Shown here: positions 12,582-26,235 of the stretch, piece after piece
Layout: each line of letters opens with the position of its first letter
Numbering within the stretch: position 1 is the stretch's first letter
Assembly: GCA_039545335.1 (NCBI GenBank)
Contig: BCIN01000004.1
Coordinates: forward strand, 858,925-922,924
Reading direction: 5' to 3'
Length of the DNA stretch: 64,000 nt
Source: Kondoa subrosea
Lineage: Eukaryota
Notes under the pieces: model-generated
Seen by the model: only the letters and a program-made list of their open reading frames with translations
Databases searched by the model: none
What the model was told of the DNA's origin: nothing
Translations under genes and position numbers: made by a program

Positions 12582-13326
12582 ATGAGCAGTATATCCCGAA
12601 TCATAGATCATACCCAACCTCGCGGAGTGAGCGTAGTCTTACCAATCCGTCTCCCTTCCTCTGCTTCTTCAAGTTCACAAGAAATCGAATTCCTGCTCGT
12701 CTCGTCAAGAAAGCATTCAGGTCGCTATGTGTTTCCCAAGGTAGCCCATGCATAAGCCTAGGCACATAGAGGAGCCCTGACATTTACTTGTGAACCCGCA
12801 ATAAAGGGAGGGATAGAAGCTGGTGAAGTCAGTTTGGACAACACTCATGCAAAGACGAGACTTATGTGACTTTTGTTGAATTGTCAGAGTCCAGAGATAG
12901 CTGGTGAAAGAGAAGCATGGGAAGAAGGTTCCTTTTCCTCTCCAGCTCTATCAGTACCTTCATTTTGATTCAAGCATCTTGTTGAAAAGTACAGCTGGCG
13001 TAAGAGGCCAGATTTTTCTGAAGCTTTCACCACCTATAACATCTCCTCGCTCTTACCCGAACACATCGATACCGAAAGCTATCTATCATCTGCATTTGTT
13101 ACGAGTTGATACAGTTGAAGAGGATTGGCCTGAACGGAGTCAGCGGACAAGGAAATGGTACATCGAACGACGATATGCTGGTTCTCAGCTCAGATCGTAA
13201 TGATTGATGTACAGGGTATCGAGAGAAGAAGCTCAAGCTCAAGCAGACTGGCGTGAAGAAATCCACCTCGGTTTCAGTCGAGTTCCGCCGAATCAAGAGC
13301 TCAGGATCAAGCTAGAAGAGAGGTGA
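12582..13326 (+). CDS. NUDIX hydrolase, diphosphoinositol-polyphosphate (Ddp1/Aps1-like)
   Basis: LLVSSRKHSGRYVFPK|GGIEAGE|SPEIAGEREAWEE|AGV Nudix box; WPERSQRTRKW. Confidence 0.9.
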
Positions 13327-13548
13327 CAACAAAGAGGCCGGCAAGAGCATATAGTCTAGATGAATGGTATGCATAAATTAGAATGAATGGCTCTTGCTAT
13401 GAAAGAAATTCCTCTCTTCTCTCCAATATAGATATAAGAATGCTTCGTAATCATAGTAGTAATACATATAATAGTTCTTTGCAATGCACTAGTACGGGTC
13501 GCGAGATAGACGACCAGCGTTCTATTGCGTACATTTAGCAAATGCGAT

Positions 13549-15642
13549 TCAACTGAAGAGACAGCAACTAACCTCTTCTATGACCATCCATTCGAGTGCT
13601 TCTACTACTTCACCTAGAGTAGGTCTGGCTTGAGGATCATGCGACCACCTGTAAGAACCACCATACGCCGTAATCAGAAAGGCTGATCCGCCCAATGATG
13701 TCCCTTACATTGCATGCAGTACATTGATAACGATAAAGCCATATCGTTTTCGTAACTACTCACATCATATCAGCTGCTATTAGTACATCTGTAGAACATA
13801 TACATACTGTAGAAGTTGACGGTCGAAGCTTGTTCTTGCCCACTTCAAGGTAGATCGCATGCTCATTCATACCAGCGAACGGATCTTGGATCTCTTGTCA
13901 GCAATTGACATGAAACCTGAAATTGCACGTACAAGTCTTTTCCGGGTTCCACCAATTGAGAACTTCCCAGTACGTCAAGCCTGTGAGTGCCGGCGTCTCA
14001 CGAATCAGACAATGATGATTCGTGTCGTCAATGCTCACCTAGAGCATAGACATCGATTTCAAAGTTGTATCGAGGTTCAGCGACCCAAAGTTCTACACAG
14101 TGAATCAGCGCAATTCTAGCGTTGGAATAAAAGCAAGTCACCTGGAGCTTGCCAATTGAGTCTGTAAGAACACTTGTAAGTCATCTCTTTGCGCGATATA
14201 TTCAACGCAGACTTACGTCCCAACACTCTGTTTTCGTCCTTCAGCTTCAGTACCTTATTTGAAAGTTGACTGCTCACTGTCTGACACATAGAAGCCATTG
14301 TATTCTTACTGTTCAATACGTGAGCGTCCGTTGATATACCACACCTCAAAAAATACTTACACTCTAGCCAATCCGAAATCATTGATCTTTGGTATACCCT
14401 TTGACGAAATCAAGACGTTGAGACTCTTGACATCTCGATGTACTACAGGTGGATGTCTTGTATGAAGGTAGTTCAACCCTTTCGCGCATCCAAGCATGAG
14501 TTGAAGCTATTCAGGGTTAGTATTCAAAGGCAATGATTGAGGTGAGGGGACCTACCATATCGATCAAAGGAGGACATGGAACATTTCTGATATATTTGAA
14601 GAGATCTCCGTTGAGTGCTAATTCGGTGACGATCTGAACTTGACATTCTGGATCATTCGGTATGCAAACCCCGATAAAACGAAGAATGTTTTCGTCTGTC
14701 AGTCATGCAGTTCCTTTGAGCTATGAGATAGCGAAAGAATATGAAGACTGACGGTTGAAATCCCTCAATAATCCGAGCTCTTGAATATCGCCTTTGGTCA
14801 ATCGCGCCGCTCTCAGATCTGCAATAGCAACCCTGTCATTCAGCCTCGATAGTGAGCATATAACGTTACTTTATGACTGGTCTACTGACCTATATTTACC
14901 ATACTTTCCGCGGTAGACATCCTTGAAACCACCGGATCCGATCTTGTCTCCTTTTGTTAACTTATCCGGTGAGATCCTCTTGCTAGCCATGTTGAGTGCA
15001 TCCAAATCAAGTATAGCTTCAGGTAATGTTTCGTCTGTAGGAGGTGTAGGAGTTGGACTTGGAGTAAGAGGATCTAGAACAGTAGATGCTTTAGAGCGAC
15101 CATCGCTAGAGATGTCCATATCTTGCATGCCACGCATTAAGAAGTCAGGGTTGTGTAAGAGAGGTAAAGTAGGCGGATGTTGAGGTTTGTGAGGAGTAGG
15201 AGGTCGGTGTGATGTTGCTCTGGGAACATAAGTTTTCAAATCCGAGTTGCTTGGTGACCCGAGCTGCGTATCACGCCAACGCAACAGGAGAAGAATCATT
15301 TCTCGTTTGCTAAAGCCTGAAGTCGAAGTTCATGAGGTATTGCGATCGCGTGGTAAGAAGGGAAAGCTTACCATGCTCGTTGAGAACCAATAAATCGCGT
15401 TCAGCACACAGCTCCTCTAGTCTTTCCTTCTTTTTCTTGAGTAGAGAGGGATAGCTCGCGTCTACTAGAGTCCATTCCATTGGGCTGGATGCAGGGTCTG
15501 AGAGCTTTTCAGCGCCGTTGACTAGGGCATGCTCAGAGCACTCACTCATTGATCTGGTGCTGACAGCTTGCCAGGAGATGCGTTTTTCATTCTTCGGTTT
15601 GCGTTGCGAGATCAGAGAAGGCGTGCGCTCATGATGAGCCAT
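13549..15642 (-). CDS. Tyrosine-kinase-like (TKL) Ser/Thr protein kinase
   Basis: [55 protein letters not shown]. Confidence 0.88.
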
Positions 15643-16006
15643 TGCTGCAAGATCGTAGGTAATCGGACTGGCAGGATGATCTACGAGTCTGTGCAGGAGA
15701 TTGGCACGTAATGAATGCGAGAGATGGAAGTGAGAAGAGAAGAAAGCTCAACCGCGCTTAGCTCGAGCTTGGGCCTCTGTTTCACATCGCGCAAAAAACA
15801 TCACAGGAGAAAGATGAAGCAAGCTGCGCAAGAAAAGGAGAAGAGCAGCAGATCACATTCAACAGTGCAATGCCAGTATGAGAATGTCATACTGTCCAGC
15901 TGGCTGAGCAACTTCAAGTTTAGTTCGGAAGTGAGAGCTCTTGATTCCAACGTCGAGTCTCATCTGTTTCCCGCTGGCTGTCTTCAAGCGCGTTTCCTTG
16001 CGCTCT

Positions 16007-17158
16007 ATGGCTGCTCTAGACGCCTCAGTCATTCCCAAAGCTTCTTCTGCTCAGATTTCCTCGAAGCGTTTGTTGATCTTGCTTTGGTCTCTATTCCTTT
16101 CCTTATCCAGACACAAACAGGCAAAGCAGAACCTGCTAGTCCTATCAAAGTGACTGCGCCGAAACGTCAGAAGTCAAGCGATCAAGCTTCTGGATCCAAA
16201 ACTGTCGATGTAGCTGCTCCAGCCAAAAATGCGTTCGCTGCCTTAGGGCTCGGTGCTAAAGCTATGTCTTTACCTTACTTCTACTGTGAGTACGTTCACA
16301 ACGCTACGAAGCTTATGATTGAGCTCTACATTAGTTGAATCTGGTCCTACCCGATTAGAAGCGACGAAGATCGCTTGCTTTGATATGTATGTCAATCTTA
16401 TCTGGTGTAACAAAGAGTTCTTAGTAGTAAACAGGGATGGAACTCTCATCACTCCGAAAAGTAGACGTCATGGGTTCCCGAACAGTAGTAGAGACTTTCG
16501 ACTGTATGGTCTTCTTCAAGCTCAATGAACAATCTGCTCATCCAGCTTTTTCATTTCAGCTGGAATAGCACAGTTCCTAACGTACTTGCTAGTCTTTATG
16601 AACAAGGGTTTGTTTTTGCGATTACTCAAACATGTCTCATTCTGATCGCCATACAAGCTACGCGATCTACATTCTAAGTAATCAGAATGTCGTAGGGAAG
16701 AATCTCACCAATGTGAAAGAGAAAGTCTCGAAATGGTTGCCTGTAGAAGTGAGTGATCTACTACCTTTCACGCGTGATGCTAAAACGAAGACCTGGTAGA
16801 TCACTACTCCCTTCACTTTCATTGGAGCACTGAATAAAGACAAATATCGTAAACCAAACACCGGAATGTGGGAACTTATTACGCAAAAGCATGGCGCTGC
16901 GAACATAGGCGAGTTGAACAATTTCGTTCCTGTTGTACGGAGCTAATATTGATCAGATATGGCTGCTTCCTTCTATGTTGGTGATGCTGCTGGTAGACCA
17001 GCTACAGGTACTACTCCAAAGGATCATTCAGGTAACGCATCTTTCAGACGAAACAAGCAATTTGCTAATACCTGTTTCAAGACTGCGATCTTCTCTTCGC
17101 TCGGAATGCTGGTCTCATCTTTCACCTACCGGAGAGCTACTTTGGTCCCTATGCCTGA
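16007..17158 (+). CDS. DNA 3'-phosphatase (HAD family, PNKP phosphatase domain only; Tpp1-like)
   Basis: IACFDM|DGTLITPKS, ILSNQ, YRKPNTGMW, SFYVGDAAGR, DHS|DCDLLFARNAGLIFHLPESYF then stop; start codon uncertain. Confidence 0.88.
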
Positions 17159-17522
17159 ACAATTTGTCACATTGGACACCACGATTCCAATTCGTCTTTC
17201 CTCATACCGCTGCATCTCATTGTCCTGCCTGCATATGTAAGAGAAAGCTTCACATGCATCCAAAAATCTGCACATCAGTATTTCCCTCCCCAATATCTTG
17301 TACTTTTACTTACATTGCAATATCGAGACTTTGTCATGTTTCTCACTATGATGCTCTTACCAGATTCCTACATTCTCATAGTCGCAACAGCGAAGGAAAC
17401 GGGCAGTAAAGCGGGCAAGGACAGAACCAGCTCAAACAGGTCGAAAGACAACTCTAATATATGCAATGATGTGTAACCGAAATCTATGTACCAGGTAATA
17501 ACAAATACCAATCTAAGCAGCT

Positions 17523-18672
17523 CTAAGCAATGATACCCTGAAGAAGAGGAATGCAAGTGAAAGCGCCTATAGAAGATCATTAGCGAAATGTGGGGATGAG
17601 GCTGGAAGACGACTGACCACTTAGGGGATTCTCATTCAGCCTGTACCCTGCCTTGCAAGTGAATGCGACGCAGACACCTTGCATGCAACCACTTGTAGCA
17701 ACACCATCCTGAGCATCACAAGCCAATCCGCAAACACCGCACTAGAGACACTCTTTAGCTGGGAAGGAAGTATAGCACGAGAAGAAGCTTACGTTGTTCA
17801 TGTCTTCTTTTAAGTTCAAGCATTGATAATGTTCAGGAGAGAAAGCATCGACAGTTGCGTTATCGCCAGTAGGGCAAGCAGATTCGCCAGCAGGGCATAA
17901 GTCATCATCAATATCCAAGGAAGCTTCAAGAGCACGTCTAGCTCTAGCGCGAGCAGAAGCAGATGGCTAAAGAGAGTACGATTCAGTATGTTGTGAAATG
18001 TCGTAAGAAAGAAAAACATACAGCAGCTTGACGAGCAGCCAGTACCCTTTCTTCGGCTTCCATCAAATCACGTCTAGCCTTTGCTCTAGCCCGAGCGGAA
18101 ATGGAAGGACCAGCGGGTTCTTGTCTTGCTTGAACGCGAGTAGGGAAAACACAAGCGTCTTCTTCCACGTTGAGAACTCGACCAGTGAGACAGTGTGGCC
18201 GACATTGGAAATCATTGTTTTGAGTTGGTTGACAAGTCGCATAGCCATTTTGAGGCGCTTGACAAGTGTCTTTTTGTGTCTAAGCGATTACATGTGAGCA
18301 GAAGTCGGAACTAAGGAATAAGCTGTACTCACGCCACAAGAAACAACCGTTGTAATATCCTGACAGTACCGGGTTCCCTCTAGCAGTAACAGTTGAGCGG
18401 TATATGGACAGGTTTCTTCATCCTTTGCAAGTTCAACTGCCGCATGCTGTAAGCATGCGCTTGATCTGAAATACCAGAAAGGACCTACTACCACAAGACA
18501 AAGCTCGACCGGGTGTTCCAACACATAAAGCAGTTCCTTCCTTGTAAGTTGGACACATAAATTTGCCATCGGCAGGACCACAGAAGCAGGCTCCGTCTCT
18601 GAGAAGAGGGCTCAGAAGAGATGTCAATGGATATGAAAGCGACTTACCCGTTGCTTTGAGGGTAAAGGCCAT
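17523..18672 (-). CDS. PriA/CPL1-like cysteine-rich protein; may extend upstream through a signal-peptide exon
   Basis: PSASARARARR..LCPAGESACP..QCLNLKEDMNNCGVCGLAC..GVATSGCMQGVCVAFTCKAGY, the typical basidiomycete CPL1/PriA C-terminal pattern. Confidence 0.8.
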
Positions 18673-19261
18673 TTTCGCAGTGAAAGAGGAGAGGGATGTT
18701 TGAAGTAACAGTAAGGGAAGCTAGAGAGTTCATTTTTGTTTAGGCTGTTCGAATTGTTTACTGCAATAGTATTCTATATTTGATTCGTTGAAAAGGGCGT
18801 ATGAATATCTAGGAAGTGTAAAGGAGTGTGGGTTGTAAAGAGTGTGAGTAGAGTCTGATCGAAGTACTTTTGGATATGGAAGAAGAAGTGAGAGGGATAG
18901 CATCCTTTTTGAGAGTGCGAGGTTTGTTTTGCGCTGGAAGCAACTTCCACTCGATCTCGCTTTGCAGGGGAAATTGAAATGAAAGAAAACAATGGAAACA
19001 ACAAACGAACAAATTTGCAAGATGCTCAAAGTATACAAAGCATCGTTCACGGAAGGGAAGGAGACGAATCAGAAATAATGCAGTACATACTCACGCGATG
19101 TTGCCGATACTTTGCAGAAATTGATAAACAGTCTCAGCGGAATTTTTTCCCTCGTTCAGGGCTGTCAGCGGAGTATTGTGGCCTCATAAGAATGCCTAAT
19201 CAACTACCAACAGATCAGAATTTTAGACATAACATATCGCACGATGTTGAAAAGTTCTAAC

Positions 19262-20954
19262 CTATTTGATATTTCGAGGCAAATCAGATTGCTTGAACCG
19301 CTCCATGTTTTCAAATACCAAGCCTACGCGTTGGCGGTATATGATCGGAAGCGCAAACTGATTGATTGATACCAGATCATAAGCGATTTTACCATCCATG
19401 GGCAGAGTCTCCAAATGAGAGATGATACTCTCGAAAGCCGCACGGTCGAGCTTCTTCGCTGGCGTATCTTGCAAGATCTTGTTGAATTCGCTTAGCATAG
19501 CAGGTTTTGCGCTGCCCAGACAATCGGTTCCACGCCTAGCAGTAGCAGTCTGATATTCAAAGCTTAAGCGAGATTGACCAACTTCGCGAATCAGGTTGGA
19601 AGCTGAATAGAGAGAGCCAGCATTAATCAGGGCTATGTACTTGCCAAGCGTCATGAGAGCTGCGGGTTCGGCATGAGCTGAATTCGGCGAGTGAATCATT
19701 GCATCGACTCACGAGGCAGATCCATGCCGCGCAGCATATTAATTGGAAATTTCAGAGCATGTCCAGGCGCCTTTCCTTTCGGATGCTTGACCGAAACGAA
19801 CTACTGACCATTTAGAAGGACAATTGTATTCTAAGATCAAAGTCTTACCATGTAGTGTACTGTTCTATCGTGCTGCTCAATCTTTCGTCCTGAACCTCCG
19901 CGCTGATCTATGTTCATGGTGAGCGTGCACCGCGTTCCGCAAAAATTATTGCACCAACACTCATCCGACCATGCCAAGGGATCTCTATCTCGATGAATAC
20001 GGTAGATGTGATTGATGTACAGCCGCTATGAGACGGTCTGAGCAATGCATCACACCAGGCATGACAATCGACTGACTCTGCCAGCAGAAGGAGTTGTTCG
20101 AACAACCAAACCAACATAGGTGTTCCAATTCGATGCAATTCGTTCGCTTGTAACACAGGATTCCCAGGCCAAAATCTGAAGATTGGCCACTGTCAAATAT
20201 TCATCAGAAACCAGCAAAAGCCATGCGCTGTATAGAGTTACTGACACTGCTGAAAGATCCACTGCTGAACGGGAGAATCATCCTTCATAGGATCATAAGA
20301 CACGTCAGGATGCTTGATACCCTAAATGTTTGCCAATGAGCGAAGCCTCTTGTGCAGATGACCACAGCATACCTTTGAGATCTCATCGGAAGTCTCTTTA
20401 TCGAGACGTAAAGCTTTGCAAAGTCTTTTGTGCTGTCCCTCCTTGAAATCCATCTTCTGACATTCAGGCGAACAATCTGCAGATTTGACATCAGCCTTGG
20501 AAGAAGAACGACAGATCATGCCTGCAGCTCACACTGTGCAACTAGACACCTGGAACATTTCAGAAGCTTCTCTTGCGCAGTCTCGCAATGAGAACACTGG
20601 TCGTGGATATCAATCAGATCTTTGAAGCACGGCGTTTGTCACTAACACGCTGAGCATGCTTCTTGGTAACATCTCGTAAGCTCTCTATATCTCCATCTCT
20701 ATATCGCATGTCAGGCAAATAGCACATATAAGGAGGATCAAGCTTGCCTGCCAAAGCACGCATAAATTTCGTACTTATTTTCCATCGGGAATTGCTCTTC
20801 AAGGGCTAGAAATTGAAACACTAGGAGATGAGATAGAGAATTTGCGTTTACAGGGGTCGCTGATGAAAAGAAGAGCAAGAAACAGCAGCAAGCAAGGAAA
20901 CGGTCAAAGACTCGAAGAGGTTACATAAATCGAGTAAGGGGAAGAGAAGTCCAT
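19262..20954 (-). CDS. MYND zinc-finger protein
   Basis: CSHCETAQEKLLKCSRCLVAQ|YCSPECQKMDFKEGQHKRLC; start codon and downstream exon structure uncertain. Confidence 0.75.
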
Positions 20955-21217
20955 GTTGTAGCATAGTCAGCAGCGAGATGAAGCAGGCGATGACCCCCTT
21001 GCTACCGAAAGATAAGGTGGATTGAAAGAATTGTCGATCAAATTGGCTTACATAAGTCGGCACAACCAGTGAAGCGATATGGCGGGAGGCTAAACAGCAT
21101 AGATGGGTTCTCTAGACTACTGAGTATGATACAATGCGATTATGTAAAGGAGTATATCGTGTCTATAAGTATATGCAATATGATCGGTTCAAGCGGCCAG
21201 ATCCTTTCAGTGATCGA

Positions 21218-22102
21218 TCAAGTTCGTGGCTGTACAAGAGGCAATTGAATGCTGTTTCTAATGGCGGTCAATGTGGCGACACAGCCAATACCCTTTGTGT
21301 CAAAGACACGTCAAATATCGCGTCGATGCAAGCGACCAGATAGACTTACAGTTAAGAGGTTTTCTGGCAGAACGAAACAGCTCAGTTGATGAGTATAGAA
21401 GTATCTTCTGGCTAAGAGATGCAACTCACGACACCACGGAGCTTCTAGCAACCCAAGCCCCTTCATGAGTAGCGTCAATCCAGTGTTCAGAACGCAGCAA
21501 GTCGCTTGAATGGCGCTTGAGCCTCAGAAGACAAGATAGTAAAGTAGTGAAGACTCACTGACTGCGACTACGAGAATACCATCGGCTAAGAAAGGGTTGC
21601 TTTCGCCTTTCTACAGAAATCGATGATCATTTGATCATTGAGGGATGTGAACTAGCCTACTCTTGCATCCCGAATGATGAGTAAGTAGATGACAGCTGAA
21701 AGGAAGATTGAGAAATATTGGAAGAGTCAAGCTGGACCACCGACCTGGGGTAAAGATAGATGGTGCAAGGATCAAGAGGGTGTAGAGAATGTAAAAGATC
21801 GGAACCAGTGTGCTTCTTCTCTTCTGAGCCCATCTTTGAACAGCATTGCCAGTAATCTCTTGCGTTTCTTTGCCGTTTGAGCCTTTCTCCATGCCTGATA
21901 AACCATTCCCATTCGGCCAATTGTTCGAATATCCGGAGACTGTAGGTGCTAAGAAAGGCATCTCGCTTTGCGCTGACATGCGTCTGTGATGATCACTGCT
22001 GGTTGTGTTTGAAATCGGAATCTTGGAGTTGCGAGGCGAGAGATTATCAGGAGCCAAGGTAATGACACTGTTGTTTCGAGTCGATTGCATAGATTGATCC
22101 AT
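21218..22102 (-). CDS. Hypothetical membrane protein
   Basis: ORF 21635-22102 with a TM segment (LVPIFYILYTLLILAPSIF), followed by short intron-flanked exons. Confidence 0.55.
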
Positions 22103-23333
22103 ATTGATAATAAGAGTCTTGCGACGGAGGACAAGTTGGTTGAGTAGAAATGATGCTTGAAGAACACAGCCATGAATTGATTATAAGATAGACTGCCCAG
22201 AGCTTGGAAGATAGATAACACTGTTATAGAGCCTAGAAAGTGGTCTAGTCGCTCTAGGCTATCTTTAAAAGATCGTCAGGCCAAGCCAAGAGTTTTGGCG
22301 CCGGATCACAGTGCCTCAGCGGAGCGTTGATTCTTCTTATCATGAGCTCAAGGATGACGAAAATGGAGTAATTCTGCCCCAGATGGGCCAGCTGTAGATC
22401 TAGAGCGGCAGACATTCAAGAAAAGCGCAGATGCGGATGAAGAGACAGATCGGACTCGTGTCCTTGGAGGGATTCTAGCACAAGCAACCACAGACAGCAC
22501 TGAGATGTAGATTACAGAGCACGATAGGACATTAAGCAAGCAGTACTGGGACACGAGGAGTCCTTGAACACTAGCCAAAACTGGTTCCAGACTCTTTTGA
22601 ACAGACCAAAGAAGATACGGAGCGCAAGTCTTCCCCGTCTGGTGCATTTGCCAGCAATCTTTGACGATAGCAGTGCTTTTCATCGACATCACTTGCAACA
22701 ACTGCTCTAACATCGCTTATGCGTTCCTATTTCGCCAGCGAGCGTATTCTTCGTCTTACTCGAGTCTCGTAATTCTGCAGAGTACCTTGAAGCTATGGTA
22801 TATCAGTCTTGTGATTGCTCAAGACAACTTAGGACTGCCAGAGAGCAAGCTTCGAAAATGTCGAGAATGGTTTTGCCGAAATAAGTCAGCCTGTGACATT
22901 GTATCATCCGCGCATTGAACTACGAATCTCATCTTTGTTGGCTTCTACTGTACTACATTCAAATTTCGTACCCCAAATTCTTCTGTCGGTGAAATGTCTC
23001 TGAAGCTGTTTGTACTGTTTCTCCCAGCTTGCATTCCCTTGAGGTCAGACTTGTTGCCCAATTATTATTTGATAGAGACAGACGAGAATAAGAAAGGCAG
23101 CGAAAGGGCTAGCAAAAAAAAAAACCCCAAGGGTAATTTGAGCTCTTCGAGTATCATCAGATTTCTCCTCTGAAGAGTGTCATAGGCAGGGTCCAGCCCT
23201 TGTTCTAGTTTCTTGTCTAATAGTCTAAGTCTAGTCTATGTCATCAATGCTCTGTACTCAGTAATGGTCAATCAGATAAAATTGTCATCAATCGAGAAGT
23301 CACTCACAGCGTCCAAATCTTCGCTCAGCCACT

Positions 23334-24890
23334 CTACTTCTCTTCCAATTCTTTCTTACTATCTTGCAACTGATTCCGATATACGACCAATCTCAACAGA
23401 TTCCTTTGTAGAATCGCTACTGTGATTTTGCCAATCGAAGCTAAATAAATCGATGCCTATTCATCAAACCGCGCGCATCAGTACTCACATTTCTTCCTCT
23501 CTGAATGATAGAAAAGGGAGCTCACCTTGTCTTTGATATCCGATTCGAAATTCTTGGCGGAGGAGAAATTGACTGCTATTACACCATCTTTCAGATCTTT
23601 AGTAGGGATCTTATACTGTTCCGATGGTACTCCTATCCAAATGCATAATCAGTTCCCAAATTGGTAGTGAGAGAAGAAGGAAGGAAGAATTTACCAGAAA
23701 TGACTACATCGCTCAAAGCTAAACATTCTTCACGGGATAAAGTAGATTCTTTAGTGATATGTCTAGGATGCCAAGCTGGTGTATTCTTATCGCTTGAAGA
23801 AGGTGCACGACGAGTATACTCCACTATCCCTGTTCGTTGTTCCTCGCTCCCCATCAACTTAAGGTGATGGTTTCGAAGATGAAACGAACCTGTTACGTCT
23901 ATTGAAAAGACTCTTGCTCCATCATTTGCCAATAAAGCAGCTAAAGGTCTTCCCACAACCTCGCTCCTAAATTCAAACCTCATCACTTTCACGCTCCTTT
24001 ATCACAATGGGATCAAGAAAACCCGAACCTATTGATAACACAAATCGTTCTCCCAAAAGCTCTTTGTCCATATGGCAATACCTGATTATAAACACCCAAA
24101 TTCTCCATAGCTTTCACTAAAGCTAAAGGTGTGCAAGGTAAGATTGCTTTTACCAAACCTGGTGAATCTTCTTGTTGACCAACTGGATCTAAAGAAGGTG
24201 ATACTCCTGATAAGAGTGCGGAAGGGGTGATGTAGCGGATATTGTGATACAGGTTGAAGCGGAAGAACTGATTATATTCAAGTCAAGCGAATATAAAAGG
24301 GGATAGGGGAAAGAAAAGCATACGAAATGTAAACCTTCGACATCTTTTATTGGGGAAACTGTTTGTTGTAAATAAGAGTCTTCTGCTTGACTGTAGGTAT
24401 CTTCATTAGTCTCGAACAGCACAACTGCATTCGAATAAAGTGACCTACCTGAAAATAGGATAGTAGATCTAACCTCTCAACTTGTCAACTCATCATAGTT
24501 TTTCCACAGTAATAAGACGGACCATAATCCCATCGACACTATCATCCATATTCGCCTCAAGGACAGCTTGTTCCACATCAGAAGGTTGAGCTTTCCCATT
24601 TACTTCTTGAGGTTCAACTTCCTTGAAAGCGAATTCAATCCCAATCTCTTCGCATGCTTTCTTTGTCGATTGCGCATATAATCGAGATGGTTCATCAGCA
24701 TTAGCGACTATAGACGCTTATCAGATTAAAACACAAAATTTGAGGGATGGATAGACAGGGACGTACGGATTCCTAGTAATTTTGGTTTACGACCAATTTG
24801 GGCAGTAACGGAAGGTACTACATTATCTTGTAAGTCTTGTTTGAATTGTGAGGCGATAGTTGCTGCTGTTATTTTTCTTGAGGTTGTCAT
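23334..24890 (-). CDS. MTD1: NAD-dependent methylenetetrahydrofolate dehydrogenase
   Basis: DDSVDGIM|IYYPIF, DSYLQQTVSPIKDVEGLHF, ILPCTPLALVK, INRSEVVGRPLAALLANDGARVFSID, NFSSAKNF, IGKITVAILQRNLLRL. Confidence 0.95.
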
Positions 24891-25220
24891 GATTGCACGA
24901 CTTGAGAGCAAAGATGATAGGCAAGGACGGAGTATGAGTTTAGTCAGGAGCATGCACCAGCAGCGGGCGGGTATATGGAGTATCTCGTTGGTCACGTAAG
25001 AGCCTATGATTCGATAATGCATTGAGTATTCATGGCGCGCCTGTACTGTACTGCTACTGTACCATAACGTGAGGCCTCGCTACATCAGTACTGTTACGAC
25101 TAGCCAAGCGTTTCTTTCCCTTCCGCCCTTCTTGCCAAAAAGCACAGCCTCATGAAAGCTTTGGTCTTGGACATTTCTGTTCCATTCTCTTGACCTTGAT
25201 CTACCAATTTATAACAGAAC

Positions 25221-26235
25221 ATGGGCAAATCACAGTCCAAACTCTCATCAGAGCAATTATCGGACTTGCAGAAGAACACTTATTGTCAGTTGCCTTCCCA
25301 TCTGAACCCGCTTTCATATGTGCAGTGCATCCTCTCAATTCATGCGTTGGCCCAGTCTGCCCTTTCTTTATTCTATATGACGCGCTATGATGAACCCTAG
25401 GACTGATCCCTATACTGCCTTACAGTCGACAAGAAAGAACTCCAACAATGGTCAGTTGGTTTCGCCTAATCACTTCAATATACTGTGTGAACATGTAATG
25501 AATGCAACAGGTACAAAGGTTTCTTGAAAGATTGTCCCTCAGGCAAACTCAACAAGCAAGAATTCTCAAAAATCTACAAACAGTTCTTTCCCTTTGGTGA
25601 TCCTATTCAATTTGCAGATTATGTCTTCAAGTGGGTCTTCCTTCACTCGGTCCTTGTGGACGCGTAGAGGGCTAATACGGGCCGTTGAACAGCGTATTCG
25701 ATGGTGATAAGAATGGGGAAATTGATTTCAAGGAATTCATTTGCGCTTTAAGCGTAACTTCTCGTGGTCAATTAGAAGAGAAGCTTAAATGTCAGTCAAG
25801 TATTCTCATTTAAGCACACAAAGCGGCGTTGCTTAATGAGCAGTATCGGTTGACAGGGGCTTTTCAATTATATGATATTGATGGAGATGGTACAATATCA
25901 AGGGATGAAATGCTTCATATCGTTGCTGCTATTTACAAAATGACTGGTCAAATGGTTAAATTACCAGAAGATGAAGATACACCGGAAAAGGTTCGTCTCA
26001 TTCTTAACGTTCAACATGGTGTATCATGTTAACATTTATGTTTTGTATCGAACAGAGAGTGGACAAGATCTTCAAGAGCATGGACATAGATTCAAATCAT
26101 TCTCTGTCGTACGAAGAGTTTGTAGAAGGAAGCAAGAAAGATCCTACAATCATTCAAGCTTTGTCGCTGTACGTGTCTTTTCCTTGCTTTTGAGGCTATA
26201 CTTACCAGGTGAATAGATACGATGGGTTAGTATGA
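25221..26235 (+). CDS. FRQ1: Frequenin / neuronal calcium sensor-1 (N-myristoylated EF-hand protein)
   Basis: [90 protein letters not shown]. Confidence 0.97.

Noticed and set aside
22229..22260. Small inverted repeat agcctaga...tctaggct
   Set aside because: An 8-bp stem is expected by chance; no target-site duplication or second copy seen
22348..22932. Short ORFs between the membrane-protein gene and MTD1
   Set aside because: No recognisable motif; strand and frame ambiguous
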